A DNA stretch of 64,000 nt from the NCBI RefSeq assembly GCF_004010195.1, contig NC_057719.1:21426892-21490891 (forward strand), given 5' to 3'. Position numbers and translations under genes: made by a program. The notes below the pieces were generated by a model. The model worked only from the letters and a program-made list of their open reading frames with translations. It was not told the origin of the DNA and made no database searches. The stretch comes from Chiloscyllium plagiosum. Its lineage: Eukaryota. How positions within the stretch are numbered: the stretch's first letter is position 1; each line of letters begins with the position of its first letter. Shown piece after piece: positions 24,546 to 37,363 of the stretch.

Positions 24546-25334
24546 AACTGACCATCCAACCTGAACACTTAGTGAACAGAGGTTGGGATAGAGACTGTGA
24601 GAGAAACAATACTCTGTACTGGACTGTTTCAATGTATTTAGTGTGGAATTAATTTACCATGCCCACATTGAGGTCACTGGTATAGCAGTGCAGGATTACC
24701 TACTGGATTACCACTGAGATGACTTGCCGAAGGCTACTAGTTAAGGTTGGGAGCAGAACTGACCATGGTGCAGAACTCCCTTCCCTGGATTATTGTTCCC
24801 AAGCCAGTAATCTTGGTCTTCACAGTCTTGTCACACATCTAAGAATACAGGAGCTGCAGTAAAGGCGATGGCAAACATATTCAAGTAATTAAATACATGA
24901 AATGACTTAGAAGTAATAAAGAAGATAAGAATTATAATGAAAATCTGAGAGACAGAGGGGAGCCAAATGCAAATATTAAGTCTTAAAAATAATATTAAAT
25001 GTTTAAAACTGAAGTGTATGGAGTGGTGCCTCCACTCAAACACTGGAGAGAAAACCTTCAAATCAATATATGAAGCAACATTGGCTAGCATCGTGCACAG
25101 TAAAGCTCAGGGTTTAATTGTCTGCCTTTTAAATCTCTTTCAACATTCCTTGGCCATTTATATCTTGCAAATCCATCATAAATCAACTGGGAATGTTTTA
25201 TGTGTTTGCAGCAGATTGGAGGCAAAGTTGCCATGGTAATATGCCAACCTGGGTTGTTTTAGACATGTAGGAAAGGCATCCATCATCAAACTGTTTGCAA
25301 TTTTGCAGTGTCCTATCTCAGATTCGACTTAGAC

Positions 25335-25657
25335 GCTCAACAGTGCTGAAGCAGGCCATTTGGCCCATCAAATCTGCACTGACCCTCAGAAAAGCATCTC
25401 ACCCCTGTACCCTACAACCCTTCATTACCCATCTAACCTACACATCCCTGCATACTATGGAAAATTTAGAATGGGCAGTCTACCTAACCTGCACATTTTT
25501 GGACTGTGGGAAGAAACCAGAGCACCTGAAGGAAACCCACGCAGACACAGGAAGAATGTGCAAACTCCACACAGACAGTCACCTGACAGTAGGATTGAAC
25601 CCAGGTTCCTGGTGCTGTGAAACAACAGTGCTAACCAATGAGACACTCTGCCACCCC
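25335..25657 (-). mobile_element. HE1 SINE (V-SINE)
   Basis: Antisense V-domain GGAAACCCACGCAGACAC..GTGCAAACTCCACAC. Confidence 0.88.
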
Positions 25658-25859
25658 TACTTGGTTCTCATTCACTAAGTGGGATTATTAAATGTAGATA
25701 TTTTGCTTATTATACATTATTATTTTGCTATCTAGCTTTGCTACACTGTAGCCACCTGATGCTGTTCGAAATTTTGAAAACATTTTATCAAGTGTATTTC
25801 AATAATAATTGATGAACTACAAAATATTTCAATTGACAAACATTAGTAACACAATGAAT

Positions 25860-26390
25860 CATTGAGTTGCAGAACGTACAAAAGGCTATTTAACCCCTTG
25901 AGTGGCTATTATTTATTTTGAAAGGAAATCCAGTAAGTCTGCTCCCCTGCCTTTCCACACACTGTGTTGTAACATTTTTTCCTTCAAGTATTTAAGTAAT
26001 GCTATTTTGAAGGTTAACGTTGAAGCTGTTTCAGTGATTCTATCAACAGAATATTCGATCCTAACTACTTATTGCATTAAGAAGTTTCTCCTGTTGCCTC
26101 TGCCTCTTTTGCCGAACAGCTTAAATTTGTTACTTCTCGTTATTGATCTGTCAGTCATTGTGAACAGTTTTTCTTCATTCGTTCTACATTAAACCCTTCA
26201 CGGTTTAAAACTTCTTTCTGGAAAATCACAGTTTCGCCAATATATCCTTGTGAATGTAATTCCCTTTAATTCTGAAACCTTTCTTGAAATTTCTCTTCAT
26301 CACCCTCTCCACAGTATGGTACCCACAGCTGAATACAATACTGTAGTTGAGGCCAAATTGTTGTTTTAAACAGGTTGAGCATAACTTGCT
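25860..26390 (-). mobile_element. Old CR1 3' fragment
   Basis: Degraded antisense CR1 3' motifs (ccacagctgaatacaatact ~ EYCIQLW). Confidence 0.5.
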
Positions 26391-26420
26391 GGTTTTTGTG
26401 TTAAAAAAAAACAAAGCATC

Positions 26421-26692
26421 GGGGCGGTGTGGTGGCACAGTGGTTAGCACTGCTGCCTCACAGCGCCAGAGAACTGGGTTCAATTCCTGCCTTGGGCAAT
26501 TGTCTGTGTGGAGTTTGCACATTGTCTGCATGGGTTTGCTCCAGTTTCCTTCCACAGTCCAAAGATGTGCAGGTTAGGTGAATTGGCCATGCTAAGTTGC
26601 CCATCGTGTCAGGGTGGGTTGCTCTTCAGAAGTTCGGTGTGGACTTGTTGGGCAGAAGGGCCTGTTTCCATGCTGTAAGTAGCCTAATCTAA
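26421..26692 (+). mobile_element. HE1 SINE (V-SINE)
   Basis: Head GGTGGCACAGTGGTTAGCACTGCTGCCTCACAGCGCCAG, V-domain and tail. Confidence 0.9.
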
Positions 26693-26696
26693 ATTG

Positions 26697-26812
26697 TGGG
26701 TGCTGGAGACCAGAAACAAAAAAAAAAATTGCTGGAAAAACTCAGCAGAAATCTATCCACAGATGTTGTCAGACCTGCTGAGATTTTTTTTGGAAATTCT
26801 TGCTTTTGTTCC
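26697..26812. mobile_element. Degraded fold-back PLE-terminal element
   Basis: gtgctggagaccagaaac..tgctggaaaaactcagcag / cctgctgagattttt..ttttgttc imperfect inverted repeat. Confidence 0.5.
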
Positions 26813-28239
26813 CAGCTTTTATTCTTAGCAATAATCCAAATTGAATGTTGGAACAGACACAAGTGAGAGAAAAACCTGTCTATGCCAATCTATTCAAGTA
26901 GACATCAAAGAATTCATGACATGAGTTGAAAAAGAGTAGACACATTGTCTGTTGTTTAGTTAACATTATCCCTGGAATCACAGTCCAAATTGAGCATGGC
27001 ATTACTTTCTTTAACTATACCCTCCATTATAATGCAGTGAAGGGCCCATTTCAAACACTGGATATGTTTTCCTCTTCATTCATTATCGATCCCCCCTGTC
27101 TATAACTATTGTCGAAGGAAAGGGCTATTGAACTTAAATCTAAGTATCTTGTTGTATTGTCTTGCCTTCCCAACCTCACCCATACACTTCCTTGTGGTGT
27201 GGCAACCCTCAGGTTAACCCAGCCAGTTCTCCATAATGAGAGAGTGGGACGATGGTGAACTTTGAGTTTTCCTGAAGGAGCTGATGCAGATAAGCAACAG
27301 AACCTCTTAATGTCCTCAGCCATCTCTGATATTGCAGTTAGTTCCTCTGCTGGATGATACATTTGATTACAATTCATGGAATCTCTGTTCTGACTAGGCA
27401 GTTAAATTATAAACATTATCCTCACAATCACCTTTCCCCCACCTCTCATCACCTTATTTCTCCTCAGGAATAAAACAACTTAGTTAGAAGGGTGCCAAAT
27501 GGGCTCTTTCTCCTTAGGTCACTGCAAATTCCTCATTGGCAAAGAGGTAAACATATCCTTGATGTTTGGGCAGTGTCAGTCAAATATAATTATCATAGCA
27601 ATTACATCATTATCCTGAGGTGTTAATTGGCAAGAAATGCTTTCCAGCTGGCAATGACCATTAGCGGTGACTAAAGTGATATCACTGGAGCAGAATAATA
27701 AAAATGAGTGTTTTGATTGCCATCAAACTATGTTGTTGAAAGATGCAGATTTATATGAACAGCAAATAGCATATTGCAATGGCTATATAAATCCTACAAG
27801 TTCAGCTAAGTCAACATTTTTTGTCCAATTTCTTGTACACTGTTCTCTTCTAAGATTTTGCACTGTAGCAAATGAGGGATTGTCAGATATAGCCCTGAAG
27901 ACAAAAGCTCAAGGAAACCAGGAGCTCCCATGATAGATTGTGTCAGCAAGAACCTTTTGCTGGGATTATGGGAGAAATAATGATGAGTGAGGTGGCCAAG
28001 GTTATCCTCTTGATTCTGAATTGCTTCTCAGTAATGCGCCAACAGGATTTGGCACAGCAGAAATAAAGACTAAATAATAATCCTTTCTGTGTCTCTTCCA
28101 GTTTAGTGGAGTATCCAAAGAATTTTGTTTGGCAAAATAATTGAGTTTAACGTGTGGAACTGTATACCATAAGTTATTACACAGCACATTTGTAATATCA
28201 GCATAGGTCAATTGAGAGCATGTTCATATTTCTGTAAAA

Positions 28240-28830
28240 AGGTTGCAGGTTCATAATCCCACTCTTGTGGCTTGAGGTCAAAATCTCGGCAACAGTAGTA
28301 TCATATAATCTCCACAGTGTGGAAACAGGCCATTTGACCCATTGAGTCCAAAGAGCATCCCACCCAGTCCCTGTTGCCCTACATTTCCTATGGCCAGTTC
28401 ACCTAACCTGCACATTGCTGGCCTGGGGAGAATGTGCAAGCTCCACACAAATTGTCACCCAAAACTGGAATCAAACCCAGGTCCCTGGTGCTGAGTTAAC
28501 CACTGGGCCACCATGCCACCCCAGTACTGAAGGAATGTTCCACTATTAGATATTCCACTTCTGGGATGTGCTGTGAAACTGCCTTCCCTTTCAAGTGGAT
28601 ATAAAATATCCAATGACATTGCAGGTAAAGATGAGCAAAGGAGTTTCCCCAGCGTTCTTGTTTTTAATATTTATCCGTCAATCATTATGACTGTAATTTC
28701 AGTGCTGACTGTGTGCTCTTGCTGTGCACAAATTGGAACTTCAATAATTAAATTCCAAAAGTACTTTTGTAAAGTATTTTGGCTTGTCCTGAGATAATGA
28801 AAGGCACTATATAAATATAAGTTCTCCCTT
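28240..28830 (+). mobile_element. DeuSINE relic interrupted by a minus-strand HE1 SINE (28303-28522)
   Basis: Deu-like core (gtggatataaaatatcc..gagcaaaggagtttcccc..aatatttatcc) and tail (tgaaaggcactatataaat); the HE1 antisense motifs lie in between. Confidence 0.7.
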
Positions 28831-29542
28831 CCTTGCATTATCGTCATTTTTGATGTTCAGACGTTTCCCTCTTCAATTCCTAACACTTTGATGGACAATG
28901 CTGCTTTTGAAGTTGGCAGCACTTGTAATTCGTTTTCTTTTTGTGATTCTTTCATTGGTTTTTGCGGTGAATCATGAATATCCTCAATAGTCACATAGAC
29001 CATGATTGTTTACAATTCAAAATGTTGCATTGATTGTATTATTTGCCTGAAGTTCCTGAATCATTCATGGCATATCTCTTTAACTCTGTTGTTACAGAGA
29101 TTTATTTGACAGATAATGTTATTCAAATTATTTTCAGATTTGATTTGCACTTTTTGGAGCACAGTTTCACATTTACCTGCAACTGCAATGATAATCAGAC
29201 ATACCCTTTAAGGATTGAGGGTTTCAATACACCAGGTTACCAGAGATGACTATCCCTGCATAAACTCAGTATACAACAGAAAGTCAGAGGCTGATTGTTC
29301 TGTGGTGAATGATTTACCTCCTAGCTCCACAATGCCTTTCCAGCACCAGGAAGCATTAAGAGTGTGATGGAAAACACCTCACAAGCCCTGCCTGCTTTCA
29401 ACTTTAACAAAACTGAAGGAGTTTGACACCAAAGCAACCCGTTTTAAGGGACACTTACCCACAACCTTAATCTCTCACTCTCTGTGCCACTGATGCACAG
29501 TAGCAGTAGTGCATACCATCTATAAGATACAATCTGATACTT

Positions 29543-29729
29543 TAGATTAGATTACTTTACAGTGTGGAAACAGGCCCTTCGGCCCAACAAGTCCACACCG
29601 ACCCGCCAAAGCGCAACCCACACATACCCCTACCTAACACTACGGACAATTTAGCATGGCCAATTCACCTGACCTGCACATTTTTGGACTGGCCGGAGCA
29701 CCCGGAGGAAACCCACGCAGACATGGGGA
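29543..29729 (-). mobile_element. 5'-truncated HE1 SINE flanked by a 238-bp direct duplication
   Basis: Tail TAGATTAGATTAC..CAGTGTGGAAACAGGCC; flanks 29305-29542 and 29730-29967 differ at about 5 positions. Confidence 0.93.
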
Positions 29730-30190
29730 GTGAATGATTTACCTCCTAGCTCCACAATGCCTTTCCAGCACCAGGAAGCATTAAGAGTGTGATGGAAAAC
29801 ACCTCACAAGCCCTGCCTGCTTGCAACTTTAACAACACTCAAGGAGTTTGACACCAAAGCAACCCGTTTTAAGGGACACTTACCCACAACCTTAATCTCT
29901 CACTCCCTGTGCCACTGATGCACAGTAGCAGTAGTGCATACCATCTATAAGATACAGTCTGATACTTGCCAAAGCTTCTTCAGAGTACCTTCCAAAGTGC
30001 AACCTGCACAAAGGACAGCAGGTATATGGCAACCCGATGACTTGTTGATTCCCCTCCAAGTTGTATGGTGTTTTTCAGTTGGTCCTTTGCCAGTGGGTCC
30101 AAGTCCTGAAATTCTCACAGTCATGTGGGAATACCATTCTCAAATTGCTGAAGAAAATTGTTTACTACCACTTTCTCAGGAGCAGTAAAG

Positions 30191-30585
30191 GTTAGATTCT
30201 CTACAGTATGGAAACAGGCCCTTCGGCCCAACAAGGTAAAAACAATGACTGCAGATGCTGGAAACCAGATTCTGGATTAGTGGTGCTGGAAGAGCACAGC
30301 AGTTCAGGCAGCATCCTTCGGCCCAACAAGTCCACACTGACCCTCGAAGAGTAACCCACCCAGACCCATTCCTTTACATTTAACTCTGACTAATGCACCT
30401 AACACTGGGCAATTTAGCATGGCCAATTCACCTAACCTGAACATCTTTGGACAGTGGGAGGAAACCCACGCAGACACGGGGAGAGTGTGCAAACTCCACA
30501 CAGACAGTCGCCTGAGGTGGGAATCAAATCCAGGTCTCTGGCGCTGTGAGGCAGCAGTGCTAACCACTGAGCCACTGTGCCATCC
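30191..30585 (-). mobile_element. HE1 SINE containing a nested 79-bp PLE terminal fragment (30236-30314)
   Basis: 16-bp TSD CCTTCGGCCCAACAAG at 30220-30235 and 30315-30330 flanks GTAAAAACAATGACTGCAG...GGCAGCAT. Confidence 0.92.
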
Positions 30586-31059
30586 AAGGCTTAGCAATGC
30601 CCATAGACTTCCTATTGCCTTTGGATTTGACTAATGACTGGCACAGTGTCAGTCTCATTGCCAGTCCTTTAGCCAAATGAGATCTATAAGTGGCCAATGA
30701 ATGGGCACTTTAGCTCCCCCTCCCAGTACAGCGTTGTTTTGCCTATGGCAGGTGTGCCATTGGCATGCGGCTAATTCATCAGGTAAGTCCTGGCAATCTT
30801 GTTGGAGAGAGGTCTGTGCCCAATGGTCACTATAGTCCCCTTCCCACTCACCCTTTTATGCTTCCTCTCCCCTCCCTGTCTTCTTGATCCTAACCTTTCA
30901 ACTGCAAATCTGATCGCCAGCAAAATCCCTCAATCATCTGTGATCCTGACTGCAACAATGATGACATTAGTGCAGTGTGATTAAGTGTGTTAACTAAGTC
31001 TCATCAGGGGTTAAGCTGCAGTAATCTGTGATATCCTAGAAGGCAGTGACATGCCAACT

Positions 31060-31920
31060 CATGCATGCCAACCAAATATCCGATATAAAACTTGTCCCCT
31101 TTATATCCATTTAAACCCTTCCTGTTCATGTACCCATCCAGATGCCTTTTAAATGCTGTAATCGCACCAGACTCTATCATTTCCTCTGGCAGCTCATTAC
31201 ATACATGCACAACACTCTGCATGAAAACGTTGTCCCTTAAGTCCCTTTTAATCTTTCCCCTCTCACCTTAAACCTATGTCATCTCATTTTGGACTACCCC
31301 ACACTGGGGAAAAGACCATGGCTATTTAGCCTATCCATACACCTCACGATTTTATAAACCTCTATAAGGTCACCCCTCAGCCTCTAATGCTCCAGGGAAA
31401 ACAACCCCAGCCTCTTCAGCCTCTCCCTGTACCTCAAATCCTCCTAGCCTGACAACATGGTTTTAAATCTTTTCTGAACCCTTTCAAGTTTCACAACATC
31501 CTTCCATTGGAGTGAGACTAGAACTGCATGCAATACTCCAAAAGTGGCTGAACCAATGTTCTCCTATACAGCCACAACATGACCTCCCAACTGCTATACT
31601 TAATGCACTGGCCAATAAAGGCAAGTGTACTAAACAGCTTCTTCACTATTCTATCTACCTGTGACTCCACTTTCAAGGAACTATGAACCTGCACGTCAAG
31701 GTCTCTTTCTTCAGCAACACTCCCCAGGACCTGACCATTAAGTGTATAAGTCCTGCCCTGATTTGTCTTTCCAAAATGCAGCAGTGCACGTTTATCGAAA
31801 TTAAACTCCATCTGCCACTCCTTGGCCCATTGGCCCATCTGATCAAAATTCCGTTGTACTCTGAGGTAACCTTCTTCGCTGTCCACGACACCTCCAATGT
31901 TGGTGCCATCTGCAAACTTA
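31060..31920 (-). mobile_element. 5'-truncated CR1 LINE
   Basis: KFADGTNIGGVVDSEEG...LLEYCMQF. Confidence 0.9.
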
Positions 31921-33123
31921 ATCTGACATTCCAAGTAGCATGAACATTAGCTTGTGTAGAAGAGTGTATTCAGAGGTTCTAATAACTTGAGGGAATTGAT
32001 TTATTCATATGTGAGATTTGGGATGTCAGTAGCAAGGCCAGAACTTGTAGCTCATTCCTATTTACCAGTGATCAAAGTAGATTCCTCAGTCATTTCAGAG
32101 AGAAGTTAACAGTCAATCACATTTCAGAGGCTGGAGTTCTCGTTTTTATGTCAGGTCAGCAAATTTCCTTCCTAAAGGGCAGTTGTGCTTTTGCAACAAA
32201 GGACAATGATTACATGATTCTAAATCTTATTGAATTCAAATTTGCCATGATAGGATTTGAAATCATGTCTCTAGAATGTTAGCCTGGGGCTCTGCATTTG
32301 TGTACTTGTTGCAGTACCACTCCACTACCACCATCCCAGTTCTTAGTCTCTGATACTCATTGAAACCACTCCAGGAGAATAGCTCAATAATGTAGTTAAG
32401 AGCTGATTGAAATCCTGTCTGTGGTCAACCATGCTCAGTGGCAGTGCGGGCTGTATCGAATTACTGGCATTTTGATTGAACAGTAGCCATCAGAGGCAGA
32501 ACGTTTTCTCGATAGGACTTAAGTATAATCATGAATTAATTAACAGCCTGGCCACCAGAAAACTGATTCACTGTTTCTCAGCGTGTCAGGTTGGATTCAT
32601 CCTGACTGGTACGTTAATGACAGTGTTACTGCCTCCACATAAAATTCCACCCATTGACCTCAAAAATCCTAATTCTTGTTTCCAAATACTTCTGACCCAC
32701 CTCTGCGTCTCCATTATTTGCAACAAGTCATGTACTTCACATTTCCAGTTCTGACTCAGCCTCCTCTAACAGTATAACAGCTGCAGCAGACCTTTCAACC
32801 AGCTTATTGCTGAAATCTGGAATTGTCTCCTTAAATGCTTAAATCTTGCCATTTATTTCTCTATTGCCAAACTACAAATGACTGATAAATGCTCTATGAT
32901 TGTTTTGCTTTGTTGACAGCCCGTGACATTCCTCACATTAAATTTGTCATGATGAGTTGTTGTTGTAAAATGCTGATGTTCATCCAACTTGCTCTGTGAC
33001 TGTGGTTGATGTTTCAAGAGATCAAAGGTGGAATGACAGAACATTGAGCTGCGGACTGCTGCACAGAAATGGCAAGTTGTAGACATTGCCATAGCACTTG
33101 AATCAGCTTGCCAGTCCAGAAGA

Positions 33124-33410
33124 CAATAAGACCATAAGACATAAGAGCAGAAATTTGGCCTTTTAGCCCATCAAGTCTGCTCCACATTCAATCATGGCTG
33201 ATGAGTTTCTCAACCCCATTCACCCGCTTTATCTCCGTAACACTTGATTCCCTTGATACTGAAGAACCTAACCATCTCAATCTTCAATATACTCAATGAC
33301 CTGGCTTCCACAGCCTTCTGTGGAAATGAATTCCATAGATTCATCACTTTCTGGCTGAATAAGTTTCTCCTTATCTCCATTCTAAAAGGTCTTCCCTTTA
33401 CTCTAAGAAG
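33124..33410 (-). mobile_element. CR1 LINE 3' end
   Basis: (ATAAGAC)n tail followed by antisense CR1 3' UTR. Confidence 0.85.
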
Positions 33411-33841
33411 AGTCAGGAGAGAGCATGCTGGGGTGGTAGATGAGGACTATTAGCGAGCCCAGGAGGGATGAGTTAGGCAGTAGAATGAAAGTGAGTTGTG
33501 AATGACAGAGACTGCCCATTGTCCTGTGGAGCAAGGAGAAGAAGCCTTGGTCCTTGTGATCTCAAATTCAGCCATCATTTTGGTGCTGGCTTCCATTTTC
33601 TTCAAACCTGCCTCTTGAGCAGCTATACATCTGAGAGAACTGAACACAGCATATACAGCAGTTGACCAACATTCCGAAAGAATGTTGATAAAGAGCCTGA
33701 AGCATTCTCTATTTATATAGACTCACTGCTCCTTTCAGATGCCCTAACCAATATTGCCTGCTGTACACTCCCTAAAAGGAATCAGTATGTACATACAATA
33801 TTGGATCTATCATTGCTTGTTTTTCTGACCAAAACTTTAAG

Positions 33842-33941
33842 AATAAATAGAGTAAAGTGCATTTTTAAAGAAGACATTTCATTACTAATTAAAACTAATA
33901 ATGAAATGTCTTCTTTAAAAATGCACTTTACTCTATTTATT
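33842..33941. repeat. Perfect 43-bp inverted repeat with 14-nt loop
   Basis: 33842-33884 is the exact reverse complement of 33899-33941. Confidence 0.95.
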
Positions 33942-35121
33942 GGACATTGGACATAACAAACCTTCAAGAGAGACACAGACTCCAAACTGAACAGCTTATT
34001 TTCCATTTTGATTTAATCTATTCTATTTAGTTGTTTCTAGACAATAAAGCCCAATGTTCCTTCACATGTTTATTTGCAGAGGGTTTGCGAGGGGGGAGGC
34101 AGTGGAGAGGAGGATGAATATCAGTAATCTTCCAAACAAGATATTATTCATAATTCACTCAGTTCCAGTGGCTAAACAATGGTTTCCTATCAAATTAACA
34201 GTCTTTCCTTTGCCGTAGCCTATATATTCCTTTCTTTAATCAATCTTTAGTGAACCATTGGGCCTTCAGATGCCAAAATATTAAAAATCTGTTACGCAGA
34301 ATAAATTATTTTCAGGCACTTTGCGTTTCTTGGAGAATTGAAAGCATTGGATTTTGATCTCTCTAAAAGTAAAGGCTGTGAGGCTGAAGCAGTAGGAAGA
34401 TGTTATTTTGAGCACCTCTCCATTTAACAGCGCAGCCAACGCAATGGATTTTAATCTCCCATGAGTTGTGGTGGAGGGATTTCATGCTGCTTTGCTATAA
34501 AGGAGGTGGGAATGACTGATCCAGTTTAATGCTACACATCATGGAGCAACAACAACACTTGCTTCTGTAAATACAGACACTCCTCTTCTCAATAAAACAA
34601 ATACAATCTCTTTCCCTTAATCACCAACACACCCCTTACTTATCACACAATTATTCTTCCACGGGACGAAGTGCTTTCTTTGCTTGTAAGTGAGAGCACA
34701 CTCTCTCTCCTGAGCATCAACAATCCTCCTTCCCGTATTTCTATATTTTGAGTTTTAAATGTGAGTCTTTTAATTCCTCATCGCAATATACTGCTGCTAA
34801 GCAGGATAAGAGTTTGATTGCAATTGATTATTAGTCATCGAAAAATATCATATTCAGTGGAAGTCAGGGGGTGGCATATCTGTTGTAAATATTTTCACAA
34901 AATGGATGGTAGCAGCATGCATTCAGTGTGTATGTTTTTCAATATTTATACAAATAAAAATAAGTGCCCATTAAGCTGGGATGCTCTTTTGAGAGTTGGT
35001 GCAAATGGGCTGAATGGTCTGTTTATGAACTGTCAGGATTCTCCGAAGATAGGCTCTTTGTTGGTGAGGGAGTCAAAGAGTATGAGAGTAGGTAGGAAAG
35101 ATCAGCCATGATCTTTTGGAG

Positions 35122-35443
35122 TAGTACAGTGGTTCAGTGAATAGCACTGCTGCCTCGTAGCACCAAGGACTTGGGTTCAATTCCAGCCTGCGTGACTGAG
35201 TGGAGTTTGCACATTTGCCTGTGACAAAGTGAGTTTCCTCTGGGTGATCTGTGTTCCTCCCATCCCAAAGATGTGCAGGTTAGGTGGATTGGCCATGTTA
35301 GATTGCCCATAGCATTCAGAGATGTGTAGGCTATGTGGATAAGCCATGGAAAATATAGGGTAAGGGTGGATGGATTTGGGTGGGATGCTCGTTTGAAGGA
35401 TTGGTGTGGACTCGATGGGTTGAATGGCCTGCTTCCACATTGC
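35122..35443 (+). mobile_element. Older HE1/V-SINE
   Basis: Head agcactgctgcctc.., gtggagtttgcaca, aaagatgtgcaggttaggtggattggccatg, tail. Confidence 0.82.
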
Positions 35444-36181
35444 AGGCTTTATACAACCTTCTCAGTTGGGAGAGCCAGCTCTTGGAGCTGAATTACCTAC
35501 TCCTGCTCTTAATTCATATGTTTATATTAGAAAAATGTGAGTGACACACCTGTGTATTAGTAAATATAGTAGTGCAGGAACTGTCAACTCTTTAGTGGGG
35601 AATTTTCTCTCAATTGCTGGTATGAAAGATAACACTCCTGAGCATTAACTAATGAGTTAGAAGCTGGACTGGACTTGAGAGTTTCCAAATCCATCATCAA
35701 ATTATAGGAAAGAGATTCTCCCAAGCATAGCCGAATTGGTTCCCAAAATTAAATTCAGCAAGTGGAGAATGGTTACATAATACAAATAATGCGCAGATGC
35801 TCAATCCCCATCACAACAATCCGGTTGAGATTGACAGGGGAAATACCAATGATCACCATTCTGACTGGGATTTGTGGGACTGGGATTTTCCATCTCCTCC
35901 GGGGGTGAGGTTGAGTGTGGGTGTGCTCTGAACGTAGTGCTCCAGGATTCTGTGTCAGTCTTTGATGAAGCACTGGAAGTTTTAAAGGGATAGTTGTGGG
36001 GATACAAAATGCATGGCTTTGATTAACTTGGTATTAGGATGAGCTTGTTAATAGGCTAGAGAGGGTCAGAATCAAATTTTCAAAGTTAAGAATGGGAAGA
36101 GTCAATGGCCTGGGACATGTTAGTGTACAGTTGTTAAGTGCACATCACTGTCATTATATTGATTGTAGCTATTCAATATGG

Positions 36182-36395
36182 CTGTGGGTTTTGGTTTGGT
36201 GGTGGGGGGTGGGGTCATGGTCAAGGGGGCAGTAGGAGGAGGTATCTGCGAGCTGGCGTTTGGCCTCAGCGGTGTAAAGGTCGGTGCGCCAAACTACTAC
36301 CGTGCCTCCTGAAGAAGGGCTTATGCCCGAAACGTCGATTGTCCTGTTCCCTGGATGCTGCCTGACCTGCTGTGCTTTTCCAGCAACACATTTTC
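36182..36395. mobile_element. Chimeric PLE insertion: antisense RT fragment fused to a sense hammerhead/pLTR piece
   Basis: 15-bp TSD AGCTATTCAATATGG (36167-36181, 36396-36410). Minus strand of ~36208-36309 reads GGTVVVWRTDLYTAEAKRQLADTSSY, the PLE RT N-terminal region. Intact CTGAAGA..GAAACGTC at 36309-36336. Confidence 0.85.
36309..36336 (+). ncRNA. Minimal hammerhead ribozyme core (PLE family A)
   Basis: CUGAAGA-A-GGGC-UUAU-GCCC-GAAA-CG-UC. Confidence 0.7.
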
Positions 36396-36429
36396 AGCTA
36401 TTCAATATGGTCAAACTGCAGTGACACAA

Positions 36430-36642
36430 AGTCAAGAGTGTGGGGCTGGAAAGAACAACAGGTCAGGCAGCATCTGAGGAGCAGGTGAATGGATGTTTCG
36501 AGCGTAAGCCCTTCATCGGGAATGACAGCTTATGCCCGAAACATCAATTCTCCTGCTCCTCAGATGCTGCCTGACCTGCTGTGTCTTTCCAGCACTACAC
36601 TCTCGACTCTGATCTCCAGCACCTGGAGTCCTCACTTTTTCC
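36430..36642. mobile_element. Fold-back PLE-terminal mini-element
   Basis: Inverted arms (gtcaagagtgtggggctggaaaga..caggtcaggcagcatctgaggagcagg / cctgctcctcagatgctgcctgacctg..tctttccagcactacactctcgac) turning at ~36518-36527, at a decayed HHR core. Confidence 0.82.
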
Positions 36643-37094
36643 TGAGTCCTTGATAAGTAAGCGTTTGGACACTTGTGTGGACTGTAAGGACTCTGACGCT
36701 TTACTGGTCTGCCTGCTCCATTCCTGCAGACAATGGCAAGTCCAGGAGATCTTGCTACTTGCTGTTTAAACAAGTGCTTTCATTCTCCCCGTGCCTGTGC
36801 TCCTGTCGTTTGGAAACCGATCCTGTCAATTAGAGTTTTTCCCTTTGAAAATCATATGTGTCACTGACAAAATGCATGGTTCGGCAATTGTGTTCCTAAC
36901 CCTGGATTGAAAATCAATCATATGGTGGCACAGTATTCAACATTAAATTAAACATCTTTTGATCACTTTGAACTTCTTTTATAGCACAACACATCTAGTG
37001 GGGATCCATCACTCCTTTCACACATTCTTATCTTACTTTCCATTGTATCCTTGTTGAAGTTATTGCACTGGTCTTCCTTAACTTCGCACAGGTA

Positions 37095-37363
37095 AAAATC
37101 ACACAGCACCGGGTTATAGTCCAACAGTTTAACTGGAAGCACACTAGCTTTCGGAGCGACGCTCCTTCATCAGGTGGTAGTGGAGGACACAATTGCAAGA
37201 CACAGAATTTATAGGAAAAGTTTACAGTGTGATGTAACTGAAATTATACATTGAAAAATACCTTGATTGTTTGTTGAGTCTTTCATCTGTTCGAAAACCA
37301 TGATAGTTTCACTTCTTTCTGGTGTTGTGTGATTTTTAACTTTGTACACCCCAGTCCAAATCA
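37095..37363 (-). mobile_element. PLE family B terminal element with hammerhead and partially inverted end
   Basis: 12-bp TSD TTCGCACAGGTA (37083-37094, 37364-37375); aaaaatcacacagcaccgg ... ctggtgttgtgtgattttt inverted ends; same family as 58702-58898. Confidence 0.82.
37142..37176 (-). ncRNA. Minimal hammerhead ribozyme (PLE family B)
   Basis: Reverse complement CAC-CUGAUGA-A-GGAGC-GUC-GCUCC-GAAA-GC-UA-GUG: stem I CAC/GUG, 5-bp stem II, palindromic AGCU. Confidence 0.78.
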
